From Amphiscolops sp. MND2022 (Eukaryota): a stretch of 64,000 bases of DNA. The first letter of the stretch is position 1, and each line of letters opens with the position of its first letter. The stretch covers positions 45,012,001-45,076,000 of the forward strand of contig OZ076419.1 of assembly GCA_964187785.1 (NCBI GenBank), given 5' to 3'. Positions 1 to 11,745 of the stretch are shown piece after piece. The notes under the pieces were generated by a model, which did no database searches, had not been told where the DNA came from, and worked only from the letters and a program-made list of their open reading frames with translations. Made by a program: the position numbers and the translations under genes.

Positions 1-257
1 GGGGCACACTCAACAAACAGCGGAGAAGCACTACATGACAGCCAATGTTCAAAACCGAATTCAATTACTCAATCACCTGGTTAATGATCTTTATACTGTC
101 CCAGAAGCAGAGAAAGTCACATCATCACTGCCACTTTCACAACCGCCATCAGCACTACCACCGAATGACACCACGGACACAAATGACACTATTGGGGACG
201 CGACAACACTGGAGGAAAGAGAAGCTAGGCAGAAAAAAGTTGAACTAGCGGAAAGGA
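1..257 (+). pseudogene. Subfamily A2 tyrosine-recombinase exon, 3' fragment (GH...Y nucleophile box and tail); duplicate of 3864-4116
   Basis: Reads GHTQQTAEKHYMTANVQNR...ELAER, followed by a GTAAGT donor at 258. Near-identical to 3864-4255. At about 393 it joins the end of A1 exon 1/start of intron 1. Confidence 0.8.
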
Positions 258-631
258 GTAAGTTAAATTTAGAGATATTGGAATATGAAATGTATTGGAA
301 TTTCTTGAACGGAATTGTTTGTAAATCTTCGATCGAGAAAAAACGCAATGACAATGGAAGAATTTTAGAATTTCGTGAAAGACCTCAACCTTTTGATGGT
401 TAATATTGGAGTTTTTTGCAAAAAAGTACTCAATGTCTTTCAATGAATTTATAACAAAATAGATAAAACTTGTTTGAACCAATTATATTCGAGTGTCTCA
501 AAACTTCTTTAGGTAATACTTTTGAATGCTTAACAGGCTTCTTTTCAACCAATTACAAACGAGTCTCTCAGAAAATTCAAGAGTGTAATTCATTCATGTA
601 TTTTCAAATTTGTATACATCAACTCGTTTAG

Positions 632-2216
632 GATTGGTTGGATTCCTTGAGAAAGTGGAAGGTGAGCTCAGGCCTGAGCAGTGTTTCTCAGTCTTCGGCG
701 GAAAAAGCTGAGACCGAATCATGCTCGGGCCCGCGAGTTTCAACAACCACTCGTGCGAGCCGAACGTGGAGTTTGTCTGTTCGGGTACCAAGGCGAAGAC
801 CATCGTGAAGGTGAAAGCTCTTCAAAACATTATGCCCGGTGCGCAATTGCTCGTCAAGTACTCTGATGATTACTTCGGCGAGGGCAATGTCGACTGTTTG
901 TCTCAGAAATGCAACTGGACGAGGATGACGGCGCAATTCCCCCAAGTTGTAGAGCCAGAAGCCTTGGGTTACGAGCTGACGGCTGACTTGGTCGATGGTT
1001 AGCTGCTGCTTCAATTCCTGCTTTCCAAGAAGAGGAAGCGGTTGCATTGAGTTCAATGCCGGAAGAGCAGCTGATGAATCAACAACCAGTCTTCCACGAG
1101 CTCAGGAGCTCCGATGCGGACACATGAGTCATTGGAATCAGCAGCGCCGGAAGAAGTAATGTCAGTGCCGCAAGAAGTGTCAGTGCAGCGATTGATGGAA
1201 ATTCCGGCAGGGTTCGAAGCTGAGGCCTTACCAAGTCTGCCAGTTTTCACCCACAATGCAAATGATGAACAACCAGGAACATCTGATGTGCCTCAAAATG
1301 CTCCTGTTGATACCGCAGTTCCGAAAGAGAAGCGAGCCAAATACTCACAGGAGAACGAATGCATCATTTGCCATGTGTCTGTTGTGCGAATTGATCGGCA
1401 CTTGAAGCACGTGCACGGTGATCTCCTCACCGAAACCGAACAGACTCTGATTAAGGACTACTACCGCTTCCGCGATTCAGAGACAGTAGTCAGGTTCTGC
1501 TCGACGTGTATGCGCCGTGTTGCTTCGGTGCCAACTCACAAATCGCGATGCCCTGGTCACCTGGAGAAGCTACCGGAGATTCGAAGTGTGAAGTGAGTAG
1601 TCATCGGATTAACTCTTTCTAGCTCGAAAATATTTTTCATACAGCGTTATTAGAATTTCCTTAAATTTTTCATGATCGAAAATATTTTTCATACTACATT
1701 ATCAGAGTTTCGTTAAATGTTTTCCAGTTCGAAATTATTGATCGTACTGCGTTATCAGAATTTCCTTAATTTTTTTCTAGCTCGAAATTTTGTTTTTCAT
1801 TCTGCGTTATCAGAATTTCCTTCATCTCTTTCTAACTCGAAAATCTTTTTCATACTGCGTTATTAGAATTTCCTTAAATTTTTCATGATCGAAAATATTT
1901 TTCATACTGCGGTTATTTTTCACACTGGAATATTTTTCCAGGTCTCTGCCGCAGTCGCTTAGAAATAAGATGAAAGAGAGCCGCCTGGCCCGTAGAACGG
2001 ATGTCGAGCGTGTCGAAGAATACATTCAGCACCAGAGGCAAGCGCTGGAAGCATGTACCGGAGATTCTGGCGAGGACCGCAGCCGGCCTTGGCTGAAAAA
2101 CACGCTCGCGACGTTCTACGGGGAAACAAACCACTTCCAGGAACCCCACAGATTACTCCAGGTGACGACGATCCAGAAACGTCAGCGACTGGCCCCTCAA
2201 ACTATCTTGACGTACC
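632..2216 (+). pseudogene. A1 SET-ZnF-tyrosine recombinase gene copy 1 (exon 2 632-1592, intron 1593-1941, truncated exon 3 1942-2216)
   Basis: LVGFLEKV...FSVFGGKSGDRIMLGPASFNNHSCEPNVEF...YSDDYFGEGNVDC (Suv4-20-like SET) and CIICH...RHLKHVH...CSTC...C. Splicing AA|GTGAGT to TTCCAG|G joins in frame to SLPQSLRNKMKESRL. Frameshift near 995. Confidence 0.85.
1593..1941. repeat. ~48-bp minisatellite filling A1 intron 2 (also 8789-9303, 13197-13711, 26282-26795)
   Basis: Recurrent TCGAAA..TTTTTCATACTGCGTTATCAGAATTTCCTTAA units. Confidence 0.9.
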
Positions 2217-5139
2217 TTGACGCTCAGACAGAAATTCCTGCTCCGCCAGTTGCACCTGCAGCAACACGTCAAGAACCTGCAGCACAGCGTCAAAAACCTG
2301 CTGAGATGAAAAAGCAGAAGAAAGCAAAAGACTTAGATAATAATGATTGTATTGTTTGCCATCATTTCGTGAAGAGGATTGATCGTCATCTGCTCACTGT
2401 CCATGGTGCCTTCCTCACAGCCCTTGATATGCAACTGATCAAAGAATTTTACCGTTTCCGGGAATGCAGTGAAAGAGTGTTGATGTGTTACACATGCAAC
2501 CGTCGATTCATTTCAAAGTCTACCCAAGAAAAACATTGTTCCGGTCAACCGAAGAGGTTGGAAATCCACAGGAATGTAACGTAAGTGGCAATGTTTTTCA
2601 GAAATCTTTCCATTCTTATCCAACGAGCATAAGAAAATACAACCTTTTATGCAAGGAACAAATCAAAAAAGTATTCATTCATAGTCAATGAGCATAAGGA
2701 AATACAACCTTTTATGCAAGGAACAATTCAAAAAAAATATTCTTTCATAGTCAATGAGCATTAAAAAGTTAAATCTTTTTATGCCAAAAAAACCAAAAAA
2801 ATTATTCATAGTCAATGAAACTAGAAAATAGATTCGTCCCAATCAATGAGATATATCAATCAATCAATTTATCAAGATGGAATTTCAAAAACATCATTAA
2901 CTTTTCGCTTCCACTTCCAGGTCGCTTCCAGGCACTCTGACGAACAAATTGAAGGGAAGCCGAGTTGCTCGCAAAAATGATGTCCTCAAAGCTGAAGAAT
3001 ACCTCAATTTCCAGAGGCAAGCACATGAAATGGCCGGAAGAGAAGTAGCTGAAAATGAGAGTCCGAGGTTGAAACATATGCTAGCAACCTTTTACGGTGA
3101 AACTGATCATTTCAGAGATCCCAGGTTACTTCTGGACGTTGCACACAAAATCCAATTACGTCAAAAGTTAGCCCCACAGACAATGATTATCTATTTGGCG
3201 TGCCTCAAGAAATTTATAAATTACCTTGTGATGCGGGATGGCATTAATGGCTCGGAAATTCTAGCAGCAGTGGGTATTGCGAAGGCTTCTTTCAGTAGCG
3301 CAGCAGCTTCGGAAAGCAGACAGAAACAGACAAACACCACTGACTGCTTCAAGCGAGTACCATCTCACGAAATGATTGTGAAACGACATGGACAAGTGAT
3401 TGAAACATTACAGCAAAACCTCGAAGACGAGTTCCTACTTCTGAAAGAAGAAAAAGCCCTCAACTTTTTCCTCATGCAGTGTAGTTTGAACTGCAGGAGC
3501 CAGCCAATCCTACTTTTATCTTGGACGGCGCTGGTTGAAATTTAGCAAAAGGGCATAATTTTGACCAATCGACACAAAACTGGTCAGTATTACCATGTAG
3601 CCATCCGTGTCCAAGACGATCAATTCAAATTCCTGGGTCATTTGAAGCAGCAGACATACATGCAAGAGCTTTGACATATCCCCGATCTGATTTTTGGAAC
3701 CAAGAAAGGCACGCAAGACAGAAGTAGCGAAGTTCGGTGATAATGCGAACGATGTCAGATTCAATTCCAACTCGATTAGAAAGTACAGAGAGGTGAGGAT
3801 GTAGGAGTTAAGTTAGAAACAGGTCATCACTGCTGCTGTACTCTCTGAGCATCTCCATCATACGGGGCACACTCAACAAACAGCGGAGAAGCACTACATG
3901 ACAGCCAAAGTTCCAAACCGAATTCGATTAATCACCTGGTTAATGATCTTCATACTGTCCCAGAAGCAGAGGAAGTCACATTATCTCTGCCACCATCACC
4001 ACCGCCACCAGCACTACCACCAAATGACACCACGGACACAAATGACACTTTTGGGGACGCGACAACACTGGAGGAAAGAGAAGCTAGGCAGAAAAAAGTT
4101 GAACTGGCGGAAAGGAGTAAGTTAGATTTAGAGATATCGGAATATGAAATGTATTGGAATTTCTTGAACGGAATTGTTTGTAAATCTTCGATCGAGAAAA
4201 AACGCAATGACAATGGAAGAATTTTGGAATTTCTTGAAAGACCTCAACCCTTTGTTCTTCTGAAAGGTTGAGTTGAATTTCAAAATATCGAGATAGGAAT
4301 TGTATTGGAATTTCTTGAACGGAATTAGTGGCAAATCTTCGATTGAAAAAAAAACGCAATAACAATGGAAGAAAGATCGAAATTTCTTGAAAGAGTTGAA
4401 TGTGTTGTTCTACTGAAAGGTTGAGTTAGGTTTCAAGATATCAAGAAAGGAAATGTATTGGAATTTCATGAACGGAAATTTTGGCATTTCTTCGATTGAA
4501 AAAAACGCAATGATAATGGAAGAAATATTGGAAATTCTTGGAAGAATTGAATGTTTTGTTGTTCAATAGGAAAGACGAGGCAGATTCAACAACTAAAAAT
4601 GACAGGGCAGGAAGGGCATGACAGGGCTTGTGCTAGGACACGAACTCGGACAGCAGCTTCTCGCGAGGTGGCTGTTTCTGGAACAGCATCGACTGCAGCA
4701 GCTGTGGAAGAACAGCAACCTCAAGAGGAATCCTCATTGTTGCCGCTGAACAACACTCTGATGAACGTCATGGAATCGACCACGAGGTATGACGAAACAG
4801 ATGGCTGTTCAGCCTGCTGTCAAGAAGAAAAAATCAACTGCTGGCAGTGTTAGTTTCCAAGAAGGCCGCAGAATCAGTGACATTGTCCCCCAGAGTCCTG
4901 TTCAACCACTAGATAGTCCAAGAAGGGAAAAGTTCAAAATGAGCCTGGTCACATACAGAGGTGGCACCAGACCAGACTGGGTAGAGTGCATACATCTCTT
5001 CTACGGCATTCAGAAAAACGTGACACGCAAAGACATTGAAAACAAACTGAAATTCTGGAACTACGTACTTGAACCGGCAGATGTAGATACCGTGTACAAC
5101 AAAGTCAAATCGGCATTTAATAATCACTTGAAAGAATAA
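2217..5139 (+). pseudogene. Subfamily A2 ZnF-tyrosine recombinase gene (exons 2217-2580, 2921-4116, 4570-5139), 5'-truncated
   Basis: CIVCHH...RHLLTVH...CYTC zinc module, LAPQTMIIYLACLKKFINYL core-binding motif, and NCRSQP, HKTGQYY, NSIRK, GHTQQTAEKHY catalytic motifs. GTAAGT donors at 2581 and 4117 splice in frame. Several stops and frameshifts. Confidence 0.85.
4117..4569. repeat. ~150-bp tandem repeat filling A2 intron 3; a separate ~62-bp repeat fills A2 intron 2 (2581-2920)
   Basis: About three copies of GAAATGTATTGGAATTTCTTGAACGGA...AAAAAACGCAATGA. Intron 2 repeats AATGAGCAT..AAATACAACCTTTTATGCAAGG. Confidence 0.8.
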
Positions 5140-6166
5140 ACTTCGAGCAAACTATTTGGAGAATAGTTGTCGGAATTTCTTGAATTTCGCATTTTCGAAA
5201 GAAGGAGTCTCCTTGAAAACTTTTTTTCCCAATTCCTTCTCCGTGTCGCAAATTGTCAAACCTGGAAGTTCAAATTTTTTACCTTGCACATTGTGTAATA
5301 ATGCATTTTTGTGGCAATTCGAAAGGTTTTTTGAGTATCTCCAAAAAGTTGTTCTATTCGATTTCTTTCCTGACCATTCTAAAGCCCATTTTCTTTTAGA
5401 AAATCTGTCTCAGTTGACAAAAGAGAACACTTTTGGCCTGCCAGCACCAACTCATGCATGTCATTTTTAGTCAGTACTCTCGTTTTGAATATGTAGTGTA
5501 AAATGCTTCAACTCTTGGGTGACAAAGGTATCACTTCGGTTACTTTTGCGCATTTTGCCTACTTTCTACTTTTGTTTCTAGCTGAAATTGATTTGCACAA
5601 TCACTTTTCATCAATGTATTGTATTGTTTTGTTACCAGAATCGTACTGCACTGGAGCGTCGCAGAAAAAGGTGAAAAATTGGAGCATATCTCAGAATGCC
5701 GAAAAAAAGCCGTAGACAAAGTTTGATAGAATTCATCCAGCCTAAAACAAGTTTGACTCCATGCCAGGTTAGGCGTTTTTACTTAATATCCGGGCCAAGT
5801 TAACACGATGCTTTGTTAACTTGGCCGTGCAATTTAGACCTTCTATCTAGATGTGGCTTTTAAAGCGCAAAGCCAAAATAAGTATTAGAATACATTCCTA
5901 CGGTTCTACTTATTGGAAGGCGTTAGTAATAACAAAACAAAAGTTATCTTTCTATACAAACAATAAATCTTTCGGTTTGCTATAATTTACAAACTTTTTT
6001 AAAGCCAATAATAAAAAAGATTACCCCAGCCAGTTTGAAAAGCCATTTACCACATTCTTGGAATTGTTTCTTAGAACAAATTGTAGATCTATCAACTTGT
6101 CATCAGAAAAATTATCTTTCGAAAAAAGTTTTCTTGGATCTTTTCCACCGATTTCAACAATCAACA

Positions 6167-9100
6167 CCCCCCCCCCCCCAAAACATATCATTTCCTTCAT
6201 TCATCCCACAAAAGGTAGTTACATCACTTTTTAACTCATGATCATGCAACTTCTACACCTTTTGCTAATTGGAAAACAATTATTCAAGCGCAATTCGAAT
6301 TGGAAGCGCCTCAAGTTGCCAAAACTTAAGGTAATTGAATGCGGTTGAGTGGAAATGGGATGGTGTCATAGGTTTAGTGGTAATTAAAGGCACCGTTTAG
6401 AGGTCAAGTGAAATTATCTCTGAATTATTAGTAACGACCAATTAATTGTAGTATTTTATAGCTAACTGCTACTGAAACTTATTGCTGATACTGGGAGTAA
6501 AAATTAAAATTTTTGCTCTTACTGTCGGGCGGATTAGTAGAATTGATGGTTTTTCCAACCCTTTCCTCCACTCGCTGTTCAAATACTTGATCCATCGAAT
6601 GAAATGAATAAATTGTTCCCGGAACTTCCTCTTGGCAATTGAATGTTTAAGGCCTTAGACATTTTTTATTCCGAATTTCATTGGAAATTATTGAAAGCTC
6701 GTCTTCTGTTATCCTTCCCCCAACAAGCATGTTTGGAATACCACGATTTTAACGTATTGCTTACATTAATAGAATTGATAGTTGTTCCAACCCTTTCCTC
6801 CACTCGTTGTTCAAATATTTGATCCATCGAATGAAATGAATAAATTGTTCCCGGAACTTCCTCTTGGCAATTGAATGTTTAAGGCCTTAGACATTTTTTA
6901 TTCCTAGTTTCTTCAGTGGATATTATTGAAAGCTCGTCTTTTATCCTTCCCCAAACAAGCATGTTTGGAATACCACGATTTTAACGTATTGCTTACATTA
7001 ATCAAAATAGCATATCGTTTCATTTATTCTTTCGACAGAAGGTAATTTCAACACTATTTTACTCTTGATCATGCAACTTCTACACCTGTTGCTAATTGGA
7101 AAGTAATTGTATCCGAACGCATTTCGAATTAAATGTGACTCAAGCTGCTGAAATTTGAGGTAATTGAATGCGGTTGAGTGGAAATGGGATGGTGTTGTAG
7201 GTTAAGTGTTAGTTAATGGCACCTTATTAATCGCGAACTGTCAATGAAATTTGCGTCCTTTCGTAGGTGCCAAACCTCAAGCTTAGGATCCTTCAATAGC
7301 AAAATCATTAAAGCTTTTCGCCATCTCCAAGCTAGTACGCTCAACTCAACTCAACTAATCGACAATGACAAAACACACAAATTCTATATCGCCAGCGATT
7401 TTAAAGAAGCGATTAGGCAGAGAAGGGTGCTCTGAAGCTATACAATGAAATCTTTCAGAGCTACGTGCTGAGTTTGCAAAAAGTGGAGATCCGGGCGGAA
7501 GACGTAAACTACCCACCCGATCTTTCGGACAGCTTCGCAGTTTACGTGCCCAAAGAAGCAGAGGGACCGCTGCCTAAAGGCTTCATCATTGATGGTTAAT
7601 ATTAGAGTTTTTTGCAAAAAGTACTCAGAATGTCTTTCAATGAATTTATAACAAAATTGATATAACTTGCTTGAACCAATTATATTCGAGTGTCTCAAAT
7701 TTTTTAGGCTGTTTTTTTTTAATTTTCTACAGACTTATGAAATTTCTACAAAAAATGAGTCGTAAACTAGAAACTATTTGTTACTATTGTAATTCATTCA
7801 TGTATTTTCAAATTTGTATACCTCAACTATTTTAGGATTGGTTGGATTCCTTGAGAAAGTGGAAGGTGAGCTCAGGCCTGAGCAGTGTTTCTCAGTCTTC
7901 GGCGGAAAAAGCGGAGACCGAATCATGCTCCGCCGGCGAGTTTCAACAACCACTCGTGCGAGCCGAACGTGGAGTGTGTCTGTTCGGGTACCAAGGAGAA
8001 GACCATCGTCAAGGTGACAGCTCTTCAAAACATTATGCCCGGTGCGCAATTGCTCGTCAAGTACTCTGATGATTACTTCGGCGAAGGCAATGTCGACTGT
8101 TTGTCTCGGAAATGCAACTGGACGAGAATGACGGCGCAATTTCCCCAAGTTGAAGAGCCAGAAGCCTTGGGTTACGAGCTGACGGCTGACTTGGTCAAAG
8201 AGTTAGCTGCTGCTTCAATTACTACTTTCCAAGAAGAGGAAGCGGATGCATTGAGTTCAATGCCGGAAGAGCAGCTGATGAATCAACAACCAGTCTTCCA
8301 CGAGCTCAGGAGCTCCGATGCGGACACAGTCATTGGAATCAGCAGTGCCGGAAGAAGTAATGTCAGTGCCGCAAGAAATGTAAGTGCAGCGATTGATGGA
8401 AATTCCGGCAGGGTTCGAAGCTGAGGCCTTAGCAAGTCTGCCAGTTTTCACCAACGATGCAAATGATGAACAACCAGGAACATCTGATATGCCTCAAAAT
8501 GCTCCTGTTGATACCGCAGTTCCGAAAGGAGCGAGCAAAATACTCACAGGAGAACGAGTGCAACAGTTTCCATGTGTCTGTTGTGCGAATTGATCGGCAC
8601 TTGAAGCATGTGCACGGTGATCTCCTCACCAAAACCGAGCAGACTCTGATTAAGGACTACTACCGCTTCCGCGATTCAAAGACAGTCAGGTTCTGCTCCA
8701 AGTGTTTGCGCCGTGTTGCTTCGGTGCCAACTCGCAAATCGAAATGCCCTGGTCACCTGGAGAAGCTACCGGAGTTTCGAAGTGTGAAGTGAGTAGTCAT
8801 CGGATTAACTTTCTAGCTCGAAAATATTTTTCACACTGCGTTATTAGAATTTCCTTAAATTTTTCATGATCGAAAGTATTTTTCATACTGCGTTATCAGA
8901 ATTTCGTTAAATTTTTTCCAGTTCGAAAGTATTGATCATACTGCGTTATCAGAATTTCCTTACTTTTTCCTAGCTCGAAAGTTTTTCTTTCATTCAGCGT
9001 TCTCAGAATTTCCTTAATCTTTCTCAAACCCGAAAACATTTTTCATACTGCGTTATCAGAATTTCGTTAAAATTTTTCCAGTTCGAAAGTATTGATCATA

Positions 9101-11745
9101 CTGCGTTATCTGAATTTCTTTAATTTTTCTCTAGCTCGAAATTTTTTTTCGTTCTGCGTTATCAGAATTTGCTTAATCTTTTTCTAACTCGAAAATCTTT
9201 TTCATACTGCGTTATTAGAATTTCCTTAAATTTTTCATGATCGAAAATATTTTTCATACAGCGTTATCAGAATTCTTAAACTTCTAATTAAAATTTTTTC
9301 CAGGTCTCTGCCACAGTCGCTTAGAAATAAGATGAAAGAGAGCCGCCTAGCCCGTAGAACGGACGTCGACCGTGCCGAAGATTACATTCAGCACCAGAGG
9401 CAAGCGCTGGAAGCATGTACCGGAGATTCTGGCGAGGACCGCAGCCGGCCTTGGCTGAAAAACACGCTCGCGACGTTCTACGGGGAAACAAACCACTTCC
9501 AGGAACCCCACAGATTACTCCAGGTGACGATGATTCAGAAACGTCAGCGACTGGCCCCTCAAACTATCTTGACGTACCTGGCGTGCCTGAAGAAATTCGT
9601 CGACTATCTTGTGATCCGCGATAACATCGACGCTGCCCGGATCCAGGCTGCCATGAACGAAGTGAAAGCAATCTACACAACCAGCACTGCTTGCAAAAGC
9701 CGGAGGAAGGCTGACGAACGCTTCAAGCTGGTGCCCAGCCACAACATCGTGGTAGCACGCCACGAGCAAGTTCTGAAACATTGCAGGAAAACGTAGAGGA
9801 AGAGAGTCCTTATTTGGAGGATAAGGCCCTCAATTACTTCCTTCTGCAGGCGCGGCTGAACTGCAGAAATTAGCCAATTATGAACTTGACTTGGGAAATG
9901 ATCGAGGGAATCCAGCGAAACGGGTCGGTTTTGACGAGCAGACACAAAACCGGCCAATATTACGACGTCGCCCTCCGTGTGGAGCAGCCTGACCAGATCC
10001 CCCTCCTGTACCATTTGAAAAAGACGTACCGACGAGAGTTCCAAGCTGTTCCGGTGCTGAGCTTTTATACTCAGAAGGGTACAGCGGATAGAAGTATGGC
10101 TCGCGAGATCTCCGAAGTCTTCGCAGCGAAGTTCGGCGATAGAGCCACTGACATCCGCTTCAACTCCAACTCAATGAGAAAGTAAAGGAGGGGAGAATGC
10201 AGCAGCTGAGGCAGAACGAGGAAATTGCTGCTGATTTCATGACCGAGCATCTGCACCAGACTGGACATACACAGCAAACAGCCGAGAAATACTACATGTC
10301 AGCCAATATTGCCAACAGAAATCGATTGCTGGATCACCTCGTCAACGATCTTCGCGCGGTCCCCAAAGAAGGCGAGGTGTCAGAACCAGTAAATGTAATT
10401 GGCCCGGTTGATTCAACTGCCTCAACAATCGAAAATGCGACTCCATTAGCAGTGAGAGAAGCGAGGCAGAAAAAAATTGAGCGCGCGGAACGGGGTTAGT
10501 AGAACAGTGTCTCAGAATGTTTTCAAGTTTTTTCTAAGTTATCTCTAGTGGTGTGTGTCAGCCAATTACATTCGAGAGTGTCCGGATTTCTTCAGAGAGT
10601 TTTTCATGATTTCTCTAGCGTTTTGAGTCCAAAGTTTTTTTCTGTTTTAATAGGGAAGACACGGCGGCAGCTGGCTCAACGACCAACAACTGAAGAGGAA
10701 CCGGGCCGGGAAAGGAGAGGGCAAGACGTTAGGATTACAGGGCTGGGGGCATCACAGACTTTTCAGTCAGGGTTGGGGGGTGTTCCACAGGTAGGAGAGG
10801 GTCAAGTGGCAGAGGAAACTCCGTGGTTGCGAGACGACAGTCTGATGATGACAAGCAACGTCATGGAGTCCACCACGAGGGATGATGAAATTGAGAACCA
10901 AGGGTCACAGCCATCTGGGAAGAGGAAACGACCAATGGCAGGAGGTGTAGTTTTCAATGACGGTCAACGAGTCCGTGACGTTCGACTAGAAGAACCGCCC
11001 CCCTCACGCAGTCCCCAAAGAGAACGATTCATCAAAAGTTTGCTGACGTTCAAGGGCATCGAAACTCGACCGGCATGGACCGAGGCGCTGTCCATTTTTT
11101 CGACATCAAAACGAATGTGACGAAGAAAGTTGTTGAACGTATCTTGTGACGCCGGCCATTTTTTAGAGGCAAAGGAAGTCGCGGCAATTTACAACAGTCA
11201 AATTTTCGTTCAACAGCCAAATGAAATGATTTGAATTTGATCTGGAGGACCAAACAGTTACTTTCATCAACGTTTTGCAGTTACAACATTTAGACTTATA
11301 GATAATCAGATCTTTTTTTATCGAGTGGTTCCTCTAGATATTCATTTTTTTCTGTGGCCATTTCTGTCCCAAAGACACTCAACTGCAGTCGAACCACCTG
11401 AAACACCGGAGAATAGTGGAGACTGCTGCCTGGCGGAATGAACTCTGAGCCGTAGGTTGTTCTAGGATATCGAAAATTCTGAACTTTTCGCACGCTTCTT
11501 TTCAACCATTTACATTTGAGTATCTCAGAAATTCAATTTTTCGAATTTTCTGCACGTTTCCTCTTCAGCCAATTAAAACTGAGTGTCTGCGAATTTCATC
11601 AAAATATTCTGTTTCAAAATAATATGCACGTTTCCTCTGAGCCAATCAAAACCGAGTGTCTCCGAATTTCATCAAAGTATTTTTTTCTAAAATATATGCA
11701 AGTTTCCTCTAAGCCAATGAAAACTGAGTGTCACCGAATTTCAGA
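6167..11745 (+). mobile_element. A1 Crypton-like unit (about 6 kb when complete): upstream region, four-exon gene, 3' repeat region
   Basis: The same upstream-gene-downstream order recurs head-to-tail, restarting at a C-run (6167, 16253, 29332, 33816). Encodes a tyrosine recombinase. No RT, TIR or LTR seen. Confidence 0.65.
7350..11234 (+). pseudogene. A1 gene copy 2 (exon 1 partial to 7594; exon 2 7836-8788; exon 3 9304-10494; exon 4 10654-11234)
   Basis: Same SET, ZnF and YR motifs, with canonical GT-AG junctions in consistent phases. Frameshifts and stops, including two lesions shared with the other A1 copies. Confidence 0.85.

Noticed and set aside
632-1002. Interpreting the SET ORFs as the host's own Suv4-20 gene
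   Set aside because: They are multi-copy, highly diverged, spliced in frame to a recombinase and all disabled. This does not fit a single-copy housekeeping gene.
6500-7250. Minus-strand LRR-like (LNLQHHPIST) and CUB-like (SSGNNLFISF) peptide resemblances in the A1 upstream region
   Set aside because: The matches are short, interrupted by many stops and have no consistent frame, so they are too weak to call.
8789-9303. CRISPR-like repeat array
   Set aside because: The units are degenerate tandem minisatellites without unique spacers, they lie inside a spliceosomal intron, and no cas genes are present.
10170-10200. Programmed ribosomal frameshifting to explain the shared YR frameshifts
   Set aside because: There is no slippery heptamer or obvious stimulatory structure, and A2 has the uninterrupted frame. 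Simple 1-nt deletions explain it better.
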